The notes: generated from the sequence alone by a model not told the origin. Shown: positions 1 to 8,685, numbered from the stretch's first letter. The stretch: DNA of 38,361 nucleotides from Frankiales bacterium (GCA_025966295.1 JAOPVD010000330.1:1-38361), one strand, 5' to 3'. Numbers and translations are program-made.

Positions 1-136
1 CCGCCATCGTGCCGCGCCGTCCCCGGCCCGTCCGTGCCGGCGGCCGCCCGTGCGCACGCTCCGGCCCCACCTCGGCCCCACCAGGGCCCAAAACGGGCCT
101 CCAGGGCAGCGGCCAAACGGCCAGGTCAGATTGGGG

Positions 137-209
137 TGGGCCGCCAGGGGATCGAACCCTGAACCCGCGGATTAAAAGTCCGCTGCTCTGCCAGTTGAGC
201 TAGCAGCCC
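137..209 (-). tRNA. tRNA-Lys (anticodon TTT)
   Basis: The reverse complement folds as a cloverleaf. Acceptor GGGCTGC/GCGGCCC, anticodon stem GCGGA/TCCGC with loop CTTTTAA, T-arm CAGGG-TTCGATC-CCCTG, discriminator A. CCA is not encoded. Confidence 0.9.
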
Positions 210-281
210 TGGTGATCGGGAGGGACAACCTGATGCCCCTTCCCGGGCCAGTGTGCCAGGCGTGCCGATCGCCCGGGCGCG

Positions 282-1346
282 TCAGCCGCGCGGGGGGATG
301 ACCTTCAGCTCGACGAGCCGGTCGAACAGCTCCTCGAAGCGCTCCTCGGTGTCGTAGGAGTCCTGGAACCCCGCCTGCCGGACCTTCACGGTGGAGCTGA
401 CGTTGTCGAACCCCGAGTTCAAGATCGCGTCCCCGAAGCCCCAGCCGACCAGCTCGCGCCACGGCGTGCGCACGAGATCGTGCCGCTCCACCAGGCGCTG
501 CCAGACCGCCTCCTGGCCGGCCATGTGCTCCACCAGGCCGATGGGCTGCGGTTCGGCGAGCTCCATACCGAAGTGCTCCGCGAACCGCGGGAACAGGTGC
601 TTCCAGCGGACCTGGTCGGTGTTGGTGACGTTGAAGACCTCGCCGGTCGCGCGGGGCTCGCCGCCGGACCACACCGTCGCGCGGGCCAGCAGCTCGGCAT
701 CGGTCACCTGGTAGAGGCAGTTGTACGCCGCAAAGCTGCCGGGGAACCGCAGCGGCAGCCCGAGCTCTCGGGACACCGCGGCGTACACGGCGAGGACCAT
801 GAGCAGGTTCATCGGGTTGCCGATGGCGTAACCGATCACGGCCTCGGGTCGCAGCATCGTCACGGCGAACCCCCGCTCGGCCGCGACCGTGCGCAGGAGG
901 TCCTCCTGGTCGTAGTAGAAGTTCGGTCCCAGCAGGCGCGGGTCGGTCTCCTTCGCCGGCGTCTTCATGTAGCCGAGGTGCGCGCCGTACGCCTTCATCC
1001 CCTGCGGCAGCATCACGTGGCGCAGCGGTGCCCCGGCGGAGGCTAGCCCGTCGAGGGTGTTGCGGAGCAGCGTGACGTTGGCGGTGACCTGCTCGGCCAG
1101 CGTGGGCCGCTCCACGTAGGCACCGAACACCAGGTGGGTGACGTCCCTGGCGGCCGCGAGACCGTGGCGGGCGGCGTCCGGGTCGGACAGGTCGAGGCGG
1201 AGGTGCTCGTACGGCGCGTCCGGGACCGCGCGGCGGCTCACTCCGAGCACGCGGGCACCCTGGCGGCGGTACTCGGCGGCCGCGTAGGTACCGATGACAC
1301 CGGCCGCGCCGGCTACGAGCACGACCCGGTCCGTAACGTCGCTCAT
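282..1346 (-). CDS. SDR-family NAD(P)-dependent oxidoreductase (epimerase/dehydratase, progesterone-5beta-reductase-like)
   Basis: C-terminal 354-356 aa of ORF 282..1952. N-terminal Rossmann motif VLVAGAAGVIGTY. GGAGGA lies 7 nt upstream of the ATG at 1346. An alternative ATG at 1352 sits too close to the SD. The upstream part of the ORF is Arg/Ser/Pro-rich junk. Confidence 0.8.
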   Translation of the reverse strand: MSDVTDRVVLVAGAAGVIGTYAAAEYRRQGARVLGVSRRAVPDAPYEHLRLDLSDPDAARHGLAAARDVTHLVFGAYVERPTLAEQVTANVTLLRNTLDGLASAGAPLRHVMLPQGMKAYGAHLGYMKTPAKETDPRLLGPNFYYDQEDLLRTVAAERGFAVTMLRPEAVIGYAIGNPMNLLMVLAVYAAVSRELGLPLRFPGSFAAYNCLYQVTDAELLARATVWSGGEPRATGEVFNVTNTDQVRWKHLFPRFAEHFGMELAEPQPIGLVEHMAGQEAVWQRLVERHDLVRTPWRELVGWGFGDAILNSGFDNVSSTVKVRQAGFQDSYDTEERFEELFDRLVELKVIPPRG

Positions 1347-1395
1347 GCGCATGTCCTCCAGCAGCCCCCAGCAGCAGTCTGCTGCAACGGCAGCC

Positions 1396-4350
1396 TCAGG
1401 AGGACTGGTCGTCGTCGCCGAGGGCCAGCGTCGGGAACGCCCACCGCGCCACCACGGCGGCGACGGACTGCGCGCGCCAGCGGGTACCGCGCGCGGTGCG
1501 GTGCCCGGCCATGTTGAGCACGGCGGCGATGGTGTTGAGGCTGGCGCCTTCAGCGTGCATGCGCAGGATCTGGTCGGTTTCCGGCGGCGGTGTCGGCGCC
1601 GGGCGAACCCGGCGGCGGGGCCGCTCCATGCTCGTCTGGTCGGCGTGGTCGGCCAGCCACGGCGTGAGCTGCTCGGCCGGCAGCGCCCGGCTGAACAGGT
1701 AGCCCTGCGCGAGGTCGCAGCCCATGTCGCGCAGCAGTTCGAGCTGCTCGCGGGTCTCGACGCCCTCGGCGACGCACTTGACCCCGATGCGGTGGCCGAG
1801 GGAGACCGTCGAGGCCACGATCGCGGTGTCCTCGGTGCTGGTGCCCAGGCCGGCGACGAACGAGCGGTCGATCTTGAGCATGTCGACCGGGAAGCGCCGG
1901 AGGTACAGCAGCGAGCTGTGGCCGGTGCCGAAGTCGTCGAGCGCGACGCCAACGCCGAGGTCCTTGAGCCGCGCGAGGCTGGCCGCGGCCACGTCGAGGT
2001 CGGCGGCGAGCGCGGACTCGGTGACCTCGATGATGAGGGACGTCGGCGGGCAGCCGGTCTCGTCGAGCGCCGCCACCAGCACGTCGATGAAGCCGTGCTC
2101 GACGAGCTGACGGGCCGAGACGTTGAGCGCCACCCGCAGCGGGTTGCCCTGCGCCGCCAGGGCCAGCGCCTGCCGGCAGCCGGCGCGGGCGACCCAGGGC
2201 CCGAGGTCCCGGATCACGCCGCTGCGCTCGGCCAGGCCCACGAAGGCGCTGGGCGGGAGCAGCCCCTGCACCGGGTGCTGCCAGCGGACCAGGGCCTCGA
2301 CGGCCACCACCTCGCTGGTGCTGATGGCGACGATCGGCTGGAAGTGCAGCCGCAGCTCGTCGTTGGCGATGCCCCCGCGGAGCTCGCGCAGCATCGCGAC
2401 GCCGCCGAGGGCGGGCCGGCTCTCCGCCTTGAACCAACGGATCTGCGCGCCGTCGTCGTCGTGGGCCTGCTCCAGGGCCACCTCCGCCGAGCGCGCCAGC
2501 TCGGCGCTGGGCACCGCATCGGACACGGCGACACCGACGCTGCAGCTCAGGTGCAGCACCAGGTCCGCCACCGTGACCGGCTCCGCCACCGCCGCGGTCA
2601 GGGCGTCCAGCAGCCGTCCGAGCTCGTCGCGGGCGTCCGGCGCGTCGAGCACCAGGACGAAGGCGTCCGCCGCCCAGCGGCCCACCACCGCGGTGCTCTC
2701 CGCGCTGACGAGCCGGCCGGCCACGACCTGCAGGACCTCGTCGGCGGCGGCCTCCCCGTGCGCGCCCCGCACCAGCTCGAACGCGTCGAGGTCGAGGACG
2801 GCGACGGCTCGGGTCAGCCCGTCGGGGACCGGCGTACTGAGGCGATCCTGGATCTCGTGCTGCGCCGGCAGACCGGTGACCTGGTCCACCTCGAGGCGCC
2901 GAGCCCCCGACTCCGGTCCGGTCAGCAGCGGCGTGGGGTCCGCCGGCCGCACCCAGGAGCTGGTGTCCTGGGCGATGACGACGCCCCCGGTGATCGCGCC
3001 CGTGCTGTCCCGGTAGCTGCGGTAGTGCAGGTCCCACACGTGGTCCCGGTACGACGTGACGAGGTCGACGCGATGACCGGCGAGGCAGCGCAGCACGGCG
3101 TCGGCGATCTCGGCGTTGTCGCCGTACACCTCGAGGATGGCCAGGCCGACGAGGTCCTCGGCCTCCACGCCCATCGTGCGGAACGCGGACCCGGCGGCGT
3201 AGGTGACCCGCCCCGAGGCGTCGAACGTCACGAAGGCGAGCGGCGCAGCGGAGAGCAGCGCCTGCAGCCGGTCGTCCACGACGCGCTCGCCGGTGACGTC
3301 GACGGCCGACAGGAAGCCCCCGGCCTCGAGCGGGGCGACCTGGCACTGCCACACCCGGTCGTCGAACAGGACCTGCAGCTGCGTCGTCGAACCGCTCAGC
3401 GACGCCACCACCGCCTGCCGCACCTGGCTGTCGTCGCGCAGCGTCGTGAGCAGAGGGGCCCCGTGGGCGAACACCGACGAGATGCCGGGGCGCAGGTAGC
3501 CACCGCCGGCGGCCAGCGTGATGCGGGCCTGCTCGTCGTAGGCGGCGAGGACGACCGGGACCTCGGCGACCAGGTCCGACAGCAGCCGGTCGTCGTACTG
3601 GCGGGAGGACAGGTCCCGGTAGGTCGCGACGGCGCCGGCGAACGCCCCCCGTTCCCGGTAGCTGGCCGTGTGCACGCTGACCAGCCGCTTGCCGCCGTCG
3701 CGGCCGAGCCGGCGGGTCTCGTAGGGCGGGAGCTCCCGCCCCTCGACCAGTTGCGCCCACAGGTCGCGGAAGCCGTCGTGCTCGTCCGCCGGGATGATGC
3801 TGGTCACCTCCAGCCCGAGCATGTGCGGGCGCGACCAGCCGAACATCGCCTCAGCGGCCGGGTTCCACTCGCGGATGCGCGCCTCGTTGTCGACGACCAC
3901 GACGGCGTCCGGCACGGTCCGCAGGACGGTCGCGAGCTCGTGCAGCCGCCGCTCGATCTCGTGGGTGGACAGCGAACGCAGCACCGCGACCGAGCCGCAC
4001 ACGGCCTCGCCGCACCGGACCGGCTCCGCGGACAGCTCGATCCGCAGGGCCTTGCCTCGGGGGCCCTCGACGTCCAGATCGGCGTGCCAGCCGCGGCCGG
4101 TGGCCAGCAGGTCCAGGCCCTCGATGAGCTCCAGCCGCGACCGCCCGACCAGCAGGTCGTACAGGGGCCGGCCGAGGGCGGTCTCCGCCGCCCAGCCCGA
4201 CAGGCTGCTGGCCTCGGCGTTCCAGAAGGTGATCCGGCCACCGCCGTCCAGGGCGACCACGGCGTGCCCCAGGGCCGCGAAGGGTGCGGCGGCGTCGCGC
4301 AGCGCGACGACCTTGGTGGCGTCCGGGATTTCACCCGACGAGGTGGGCAC
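1396..4350 (-). CDS. Multi-PAS / degenerate GGDEF / EAL cyclic-di-GMP phosphodiesterase with C-terminal HTH (recombinase-like) tail
   Basis: 984-aa ORF with a GTG start and AGGAG about 8 nt upstream. The EAL-domain motifs are intact: QPIV...VEALVRW, NVS, EVTE, DDFGTGHSSL, KIDRSF, AEGVET, QGYLF. The GGDEF signature is replaced by RWAADAF. N-terminal PAS-like repeats are present (e.g. GRITFWNAEA). The last ~75 aa read ILRMHAEGASLNTIAAVLNMAGHRTARGTRWRAQSVAAVV. Confidence 0.9.
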   Translation of the reverse strand: MPTSSGEIPDATKVVALRDAAAPFAALGHAVVALDGGGRITFWNAEASSLSGWAAETALGRPLYDLLVGRSRLELIEGLDLLATGRGWHADLDVEGPRGKALRIELSAEPVRCGEAVCGSVAVLRSLSTHEIERRLHELATVLRTVPDAVVVVDNEARIREWNPAAEAMFGWSRPHMLGLEVTSIIPADEHDGFRDLWAQLVEGRELPPYETRRLGRDGGKRLVSVHTASYRERGAFAGAVATYRDLSSRQYDDRLLSDLVAEVPVVLAAYDEQARITLAAGGGYLRPGISSVFAHGAPLLTTLRDDSQVRQAVVASLSGSTTQLQVLFDDRVWQCQVAPLEAGGFLSAVDVTGERVVDDRLQALLSAAPLAFVTFDASGRVTYAAGSAFRTMGVEAEDLVGLAILEVYGDNAEIADAVLRCLAGHRVDLVTSYRDHVWDLHYRSYRDSTGAITGGVVIAQDTSSWVRPADPTPLLTGPESGARRLEVDQVTGLPAQHEIQDRLSTPVPDGLTRAVAVLDLDAFELVRGAHGEAAADEVLQVVAGRLVSAESTAVVGRWAADAFVLVLDAPDARDELGRLLDALTAAVAEPVTVADLVLHLSCSVGVAVSDAVPSAELARSAEVALEQAHDDDGAQIRWFKAESRPALGGVAMLRELRGGIANDELRLHFQPIVAISTSEVVAVEALVRWQHPVQGLLPPSAFVGLAERSGVIRDLGPWVARAGCRQALALAAQGNPLRVALNVSARQLVEHGFIDVLVAALDETGCPPTSLIIEVTESALAADLDVAAASLARLKDLGVGVALDDFGTGHSSLLYLRRFPVDMLKIDRSFVAGLGTSTEDTAIVASTVSLGHRIGVKCVAEGVETREQLELLRDMGCDLAQGYLFSRALPAEQLTPWLADHADQTSMERPRRRVRPAPTPPPETDQILRMHAEGASLNTIAAVLNMAGHRTARGTRWRAQSVAAVVARWAFPTLALGDDDQSS

Positions 4351-4383
4351 GCGAGGACTCCTGTCACGTCGTCGGGGGGATGC

Positions 4384-4398
4384 GTCTAGTGGCTAGAC
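4384..4398. promoter_or_regulatory. Palindrome GTCTAG-TGG-CTAGAC in the divergent promoter region (candidate operator)
   Basis: Perfect 6-3-6 inverted repeat in the lower-GC intergenic region between the EAL gene and the small HTH gene. There are four CTAG tetramers within 80 bp. Confidence 0.3.
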
Positions 4399-4503
4399 AG
4401 GCACGCTACGTCACCTGCAGTAGTTCGTCAGCAGCGGCTCGCCCACATTGCCTAGTCCTAGACTTTTCACACGGCACGCGCGAAAACTGCCACGCTGCAC
4501 CCC

Positions 4504-4731
4504 ATGCCGGACGCCCTCCCGCCGACACCCGTGAGCTCGGCGCTCGCTCATGTCCGTGAGGTCCGCGCGGTGCTCGACTGGCTCCGCGCCCAGGAACGGC
4601 TGCTCGCCGGGTTGCGCGACGAGGCGATCCTGGCCCTGGTGGCTGCGGGCATGAGCTACGAGGCCATCGCCAGGGAGTCCGGCGTCACGCGCGGCCGGAT
4701 CGGCCAGATCGTCCAGGGCCACCGCGGCTGA
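4504..4731 (+). CDS. Small helix-turn-helix protein (sigma-70 region-4-like HTH)
   Basis: 75-aa ORF with an ATG start. The segment MSYEAIARESGVTRGRIGQIV looks like an HTH. No obvious SD, and the product is short. Confidence 0.5.
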   Translation: MPDALPPTPVSSALAHVREVRAVLDWLRAQERLLAGLRDEAILALVAAGMSYEAIARESGVTRGRIGQIVQGHRG

Positions 4732-4853
4732 CGGCACGCCTAACCGCCAGGCCTCCCTTGCCCTGGCGCTGCCGGGATGCCTCGTGCACCGCGCGCCTCG
4801 CCCGGGTAGCCACAGGAGCGACAGGGGGACCCACCACCTCTCAAGGAGGCAGC

Positions 4854-5447
4854 ATGAAGTGCACCCGCATCGCGGGCGTGATGAGCGCGTCAACCGCCGT
4901 GGCCCTGCTGACCGGGGCCGCCCCGGCGCAGGCACACGACCCGGTCGCGGCACCGGCCAAGCCCGGCCCGGCCGTGACGGAGCGGGCCCTGCTCGCGCCG
5001 CTGGTGGCGGGCCGGCTCGACGAGCTCCAGGCCAAGGTGGGGACGCTGCAGGCCCGGGTGCAGGCGGTGCCGGACAGCACCGTGCTCCGCGGCCGCCAGC
5101 GGGACACCGCGGTCGCCCAGCTGCGGTTCGCCACCCGGCTGACCCGCACCCTGGGCAGCGTCGAGGGCCTCACACCGGCCCAGGCCGAGCAGCTCGCAGC
5201 GATCCAGGCGCAGCTCGGCGTCGTGGCCGGGGAGCTGCGCGCGCTGCTGGCCAACCGCCCCGCTCCGCAGGCGGCTGACCCCGTCAAGGTCGGCGCCGCC
5301 GACCGGCCGGTCCGCAGCACCGACACCCGCCCGGCCGCGCGGCACGACGCCCGCCACGACGGGCGCTGGGACGGGCACCGGGACGGGCACTGGGGCAAGG
5401 ACCGACACGACGACCGACACGGCGAGCACCACCGCCACCACCGGTAG
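4854..5447 (+). CDS. Secreted hypothetical protein with His/Asp/Arg-rich C-terminal tail
   Basis: ATG at 4854 preceded by AAGGAGG (4843-4849). Signal peptide MKCTRIAGVMSASTAVALLTGAAPAQA-HD. Helical Ala/Leu/Gln-rich body. The tail reads HDARHDGRWDGHRDGHWGKDRHDDRHGEHHRHHR. Confidence 0.65.
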   Translation: MKCTRIAGVMSASTAVALLTGAAPAQAHDPVAAPAKPGPAVTERALLAPLVAGRLDELQAKVGTLQARVQAVPDSTVLRGRQRDTAVAQLRFATRLTRTLGSVEGLTPAQAEQLAAIQAQLGVVAGELRALLANRPAPQAADPVKVGAADRPVRSTDTRPAARHDARHDGRWDGHRDGHWGKDRHDDRHGEHHRHHR

Positions 5448-5454
5448 AGCAGCC

Positions 5455-5492
5455 GCAGAGGGCGGGACGACCGCGGTCGTCCCGCCCTCTGC
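5455..5492 (+). terminator. GC-rich hairpin terminator
   Basis: GCAGAGGGCGGGACGACC / GGTCGTCCCGCCCTCTGC, a perfect inverted repeat starting 8 nt after the stop codon. There is no T-tract, which is common in actinobacteria. Confidence 0.6.
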
Positions 5493-5565
5493 TGTGCTCA
5501 CTGAGAACCGCGGCCTACCGTGAGGGTGCGTCGACGAGCGGCGCAGCAGACCTCGAGGAGCTCCC

Positions 5566-6708
5566 GTGCGCGACGCCGTCATCGTCGAAGCGGTCCGTAC
5601 CCCTGTCGGCAAGCGCGCCGGCGGCCTGTCGGGCATCCACTCCGCCGACCTGTCCGCCCACGTCCTGCAGGCGCTGGCGTCCCGGTCCGGCATCGACCCA
5701 GTCCTGGTCGATGACGTCATCTGGGGCTGCGTCATGCAGATCGGCGAGCAGACCTTCGACATCGCCCGCACCGCGGTGCTGTCGGCGGGCTGGCCGGAGA
5801 CGGTGCCCGGCACCACGATCGACCGGCAGTGCGGGTCCTCGCAGCAGTCGGTGCACTTCGCCGCCGCCGGGGTGATCTCGGGCCAGTACGACCTCGCCGT
5901 CGCCGGCGGCGTCGAGATGATGAGCCGCACCCCGATGGGCTCGAGCTTCACCGCCAGCCCGATCGGCGAGAAGTACATCGAGCGCTACGGCAGCGACTTC
6001 CCGAACCAGGGCATCGGCGCCGAGATGATCGCCGACCAGTGGGGCCTGTCCCGCCAGCAGCTCGACGAGTACGCGCTGCAGAGCCACGAGCGGGCCGCGG
6101 CCGCGCAGGACGCCGGCGCCTTCGCGGCCCAGATCGCCCCGGTCACCACCCCCGAGGGGCTCATCAGCCTGGACGAGGGCATCCGCCGCGGCGGCACCCT
6201 GGAGAAGCTGGGCTCCCTCAAGCCGGCCTTCAAGGAGGACGGCGGCAAGATCACGGCGGCCAACTCCTCGCAGATCTCCGACGGCTCGGCCGCGCTGCTC
6301 ATCACCACCAGCGAGTTCGCGGCGGCGCACGGCCTCACCCCGATCGCCCGCATCCACACCGCGGTCGTGCTCGGCGCCGCCCCGATGCCGATGCTCACCG
6401 CCCCCATCCCGGCCACGCAGAAGGCGCTCGCCAAGAGCGGCCTGAAGATCGACGAGATCGGCGCGTTCGAGGTCAACGAGGCCTTCGCCTCGGTCCCGCT
6501 GGCCTGGCTCAAGGAGCTCGGCGCCGACGAGAAGGCCACCAACCCGCTGGGCGGCGCGATCGCGCTCGGCCACCCGCTCGGCGGCAGCGGCGCCCGCATC
6601 ATGACCACGCTCGTCCACCACATGCGCGACAACGGCATCCGGTACGGCCTGCAGACCATGTGCGAGGGCGGCGGCCAGGCCAACGCCACCATCCTCGAGC
6701 TGCTCTAA
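5566..6708 (+). CDS. Acetyl-CoA C-acyltransferase (thiolase)
   Basis: 380 aa. GTG start with GAGGAG 5 nt upstream. Thiolase hallmarks include IVEAVRTPVGK, the active-site Cys context IDRQCGSSQQ, and the C-terminal motifs NEAFA, GGAIALGHPLGGSG and CEGGGQANA. Confidence 0.92.
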   Translation: MRDAVIVEAVRTPVGKRAGGLSGIHSADLSAHVLQALASRSGIDPVLVDDVIWGCVMQIGEQTFDIARTAVLSAGWPETVPGTTIDRQCGSSQQSVHFAAAGVISGQYDLAVAGGVEMMSRTPMGSSFTASPIGEKYIERYGSDFPNQGIGAEMIADQWGLSRQQLDEYALQSHERAAAAQDAGAFAAQIAPVTTPEGLISLDEGIRRGGTLEKLGSLKPAFKEDGGKITAANSSQISDGSAALLITTSEFAAAHGLTPIARIHTAVVLGAAPMPMLTAPIPATQKALAKSGLKIDEIGAFEVNEAFASVPLAWLKELGADEKATNPLGGAIALGHPLGGSGARIMTTLVHHMRDNGIRYGLQTMCEGGGQANATILELL

Positions 6709-6719
6709 CCCGTACGCCC

Positions 6720-6754
6720 GAAGGCCCCCGCTCCGACCGGAGCGGGGGCCTTTC
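6720..6754 (+). terminator. Rho-independent terminator
   Basis: AGGCCCCCGCTCC-GACC-GGAGCGGGGGCCT is a 13-bp perfect stem followed by TTTCG, 12 nt after the thiolase stop. Confidence 0.7.
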
Positions 6755-6800
6755 GCCGTACCGGGCAGGACTGCGGGCTGAAACGGCGAACAAACACGGC

Positions 6801-8330
6801 ATGAACACGCCCCGTCTCGCCGTGCTCGCCGCCGCCGCCGTCGTCAGCGGCCTCCTGGTGCCTGGTCTGTCCGTGTCCGCCGCCGCGGCCCCGACGACGA
6901 CCAACGCCTGCCTCCAGTCGGTGCCCGACAAGGGGTCCACGACGCCGCAGCAGATCTGCTACACGGTGTTCAAGCCGGCCGGGGCGGACGCCGCGCACCG
7001 GGTGCCGATGATCTTCCACAGCCACGGCTGGGGCGGGTCGCGCACCACCACGGCCGCGTCCTTCGACACCTTCCTCAAGGCCGGCTACGGCGTGCTGTCG
7101 TTCGACCAGCGCGGCTTCGGGGAGAGCGGCGGCAAGGCCCGCGTCGAGAACATCGAGTACGAGGGCAAGGACGTCGCCAAGCTCGTCGAGCTGGTGAGCA
7201 AGCTCAGCTGGGTCCAGCAGGACGGCAAGGGCGACCCGAGGCTGGGCGCCATCGGCGGCAGCTACGGCGGCGGCTACCAGTTCGTCGGGGCGTTCCGCGA
7301 GCTGATGGACCGCAAGAAGCCGGTGTTCGACGCGCTGGCCCCCGAGATCACCTGGTGGGACCTCAAGCAGAGCCTGGCCCCGCAGGAGGTCTCCCGCACC
7401 GAGTGGGTGTCGCTGCTGACCGCCGCCGGCGCCCAGGCACTGCCGGACGAGGCGATCCAGGGCACCGCCCTCGGGGCGGCGACCGGGCTGTGGCCCAAGG
7501 GCCAGGTGCCCGGCACCCCGGACCTGGACGCCTTCTTCCTCAAGAACGGCCCGGCCTGGCACGTCAGCCAGGGCCGCCGGCTCGACATCCCCGTGCTGTT
7601 CGGCCAGGGCATCACCGACACCCTGTTCCCGCTGCACCAGGGCCTGCAGAACTGGGCGAAGGCGCTCACCCCGGCGGCCCGCGCCAGGAGCATCTTCGTC
7701 GGCTACAACGGCGGGCACGTGCTGCCCAACGCCTTCCCCTACACGCCCGCGGTCGCCGGCGACCCGTGCAGCAAGAAGCTCGCCGGCGGCAGCTTCCGCG
7801 ACCTCACGCTGCAGTTCTTCGACCACGCCCTCAAGGGCAAGAAGCCCAGCCTCAAGGGGTACGGCGAGTTCCACCTGGCCACCGCCGGCAACACCTGCAC
7901 CACGACCCGGTCGGTGACCGCCAACGCGTCGTACCCGGTCGGCACGGTGGCCACCAGCGCCGCCGCCGGCGCGCCGCTCGCCTTCAAGGTCGCCGACGGT
8001 CCGCTCCGCATCGCCGGTACGCCGTACCTGGACGGCACGCTGTTCGCCGCGGGCGTCAACAACCGGGCCTTCTACGGCCTGGCGGTCGGCACCAGCCCGG
8101 CCGACGCCCAGTTGGTGCAGGGCAACGTGCTGCCGCTCGCCGAGCTGCTGCCGGTCGCCGGTGAGAAGCGGAGCATCGAGCTGCCCTCGGTGGCCGTCGA
8201 CGTGCCCAAGGGCCAGTCGCTGTTCGTCCTCGCCAGCGCGGTCAGCGACATGTTCGCGGCGGCGGGCAGCCGCACCCCGGGCGCGGTCGTGCTGCAGGAC
8301 GCGGCCGTGCGGCTGCCGGTGGTGCGGTAG
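6801..8330 (+). CDS. Secreted alpha/beta hydrolase, CocE/NonD (S15 X-Pro dipeptidyl-peptidase-like) family
   Basis: The in-frame ATG at 6801 inside ORF 5829..8330 gives the signal peptide MNTPRLAVLAAAAVVSGLLVPGLSVSAAAAP. Also present are HSHGWGG, DQRGFGESGG and the nucleophile elbow GGSYGGGY. The SD is weak. Confidence 0.8.
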   Translation: MNTPRLAVLAAAAVVSGLLVPGLSVSAAAAPTTTNACLQSVPDKGSTTPQQICYTVFKPAGADAAHRVPMIFHSHGWGGSRTTTAASFDTFLKAGYGVLSFDQRGFGESGGKARVENIEYEGKDVAKLVELVSKLSWVQQDGKGDPRLGAIGGSYGGGYQFVGAFRELMDRKKPVFDALAPEITWWDLKQSLAPQEVSRTEWVSLLTAAGAQALPDEAIQGTALGAATGLWPKGQVPGTPDLDAFFLKNGPAWHVSQGRRLDIPVLFGQGITDTLFPLHQGLQNWAKALTPAARARSIFVGYNGGHVLPNAFPYTPAVAGDPCSKKLAGGSFRDLTLQFFDHALKGKKPSLKGYGEFHLATAGNTCTTTRSVTANASYPVGTVATSAAAGAPLAFKVADGPLRIAGTPYLDGTLFAAGVNNRAFYGLAVGTSPADAQLVQGNVLPLAELLPVAGEKRSIELPSVAVDVPKGQSLFVLASAVSDMFAAAGSRTPGAVVLQDAAVRLPVVR

Positions 8331-8355
8331 CGGCGCTCGCGCTGCACGCCCCCGC

Positions 8356-8390
8356 GGCCGTCCGCTATGCTTCAGCGGTCCCCGACGGCC
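8356..8390 (+). terminator. Possible hairpin terminator
   Basis: GGCCGTC CCGCT-ATGCTTC-AGCGG TCCCC GACGGCC, a two-tier imperfect stem downstream of the hydrolase gene. Confidence 0.3.
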
Positions 8391-8424
8391 ACACGGCGTG
8401 GACGCGCCGAAAGCCAGCGGCGCC

Positions 8425-8497
8425 GTCCCCATCGTCTAGCGGCCCAGGACTCCACCCTTTCAAGGTGGCTACGCGGGTTCGAATCCCGTTGGGGGCA
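8425..8497 (+). tRNA. tRNA-Glu (anticodon TTC)
   Basis: Acceptor GTCCCCA/TGGGGGC. Anticodon stem CCACC/GGTGG with loop CTTTCAA. T-loop GCGGG-TTCGAAT-CCCGT. Confidence 0.9.
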
Positions 8498-8523
8498 CGC
8501 ACAAAGGCTTGGTCTCACCACCA

Positions 8524-8597
8524 GGCCCCGTAGCGCAGTTGGTTAGCGCGTCGCCCTGTCACGGCGAAGGTCGCGGGTTCGAGTCCCGTCGGGGTCG
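8524..8597 (+). tRNA. tRNA-Asp (anticodon GTC)
   Basis: Acceptor GGCCCCG/CGGGGTC. Anticodon stem TCGCC/GGCGA with loop CTGTCAC. T-arm GCGGG-TTCGAGT-CCCGT. Confidence 0.9.
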
Positions 8598-8609
8598 CAA
8601 GACAGCTCA

Positions 8610-8685
8610 GGTCAGGTAGCTCAGCTGGTAGAGCATGCGACTGAAAATCGCAGGGTCGGCGGTTCGATCCCGTCCCTGACCACCA
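8610..8685 (+). tRNA. tRNA-Phe (anticodon GAA), CCA encoded
   Basis: Acceptor GGTCAGG/CCTGACC. Anticodon stem TGCGA/TCGCA with loop CTGAAAA. T-arm GGCGG-TTCGATC-CCGTC. The 3' end is ACCA. Confidence 0.9.

Noticed and set aside
9-203. ORF 9..203 (+) and ORF 172..672 (-) at the left edge of the window.
   Set aside because: Both overlap the tRNA-Lys gene or the 3' end of the SDR gene. Both have junk-like Arg/Pro/Gly composition.
1294-4389. Very long ORFs antisense to, or overlapping, real genes. Examples: 1294..4389 (+), 1550..3760 (-), 5515..6621 (-), 5829..6800 (+), 6705..8432 (-), 14132..16546 (+), 17353..19815 (+), 30918..34694 (+), 31948..34506 (-), and the upstream parts of 11662..13785 and 24966..26885.
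   Set aside because: These are typical high-GC artefacts. Their translations are Arg/Gly/Ala/Pro-rich and low-complexity, with no recognisable motifs. The opposite or alternative frame in each case encodes a protein with clear family signatures.
4405-4425. Possible BldD-type box (TNAC-N5-GTNA) at TCAC-CTGCA-GTAG upstream of the c-di-GMP phosphodiesterase gene.
   Set aside because: The last position does not fit the consensus (GTAG, not GTNA), and this is a single weak half-match. It is not supportable without a PWM scan.
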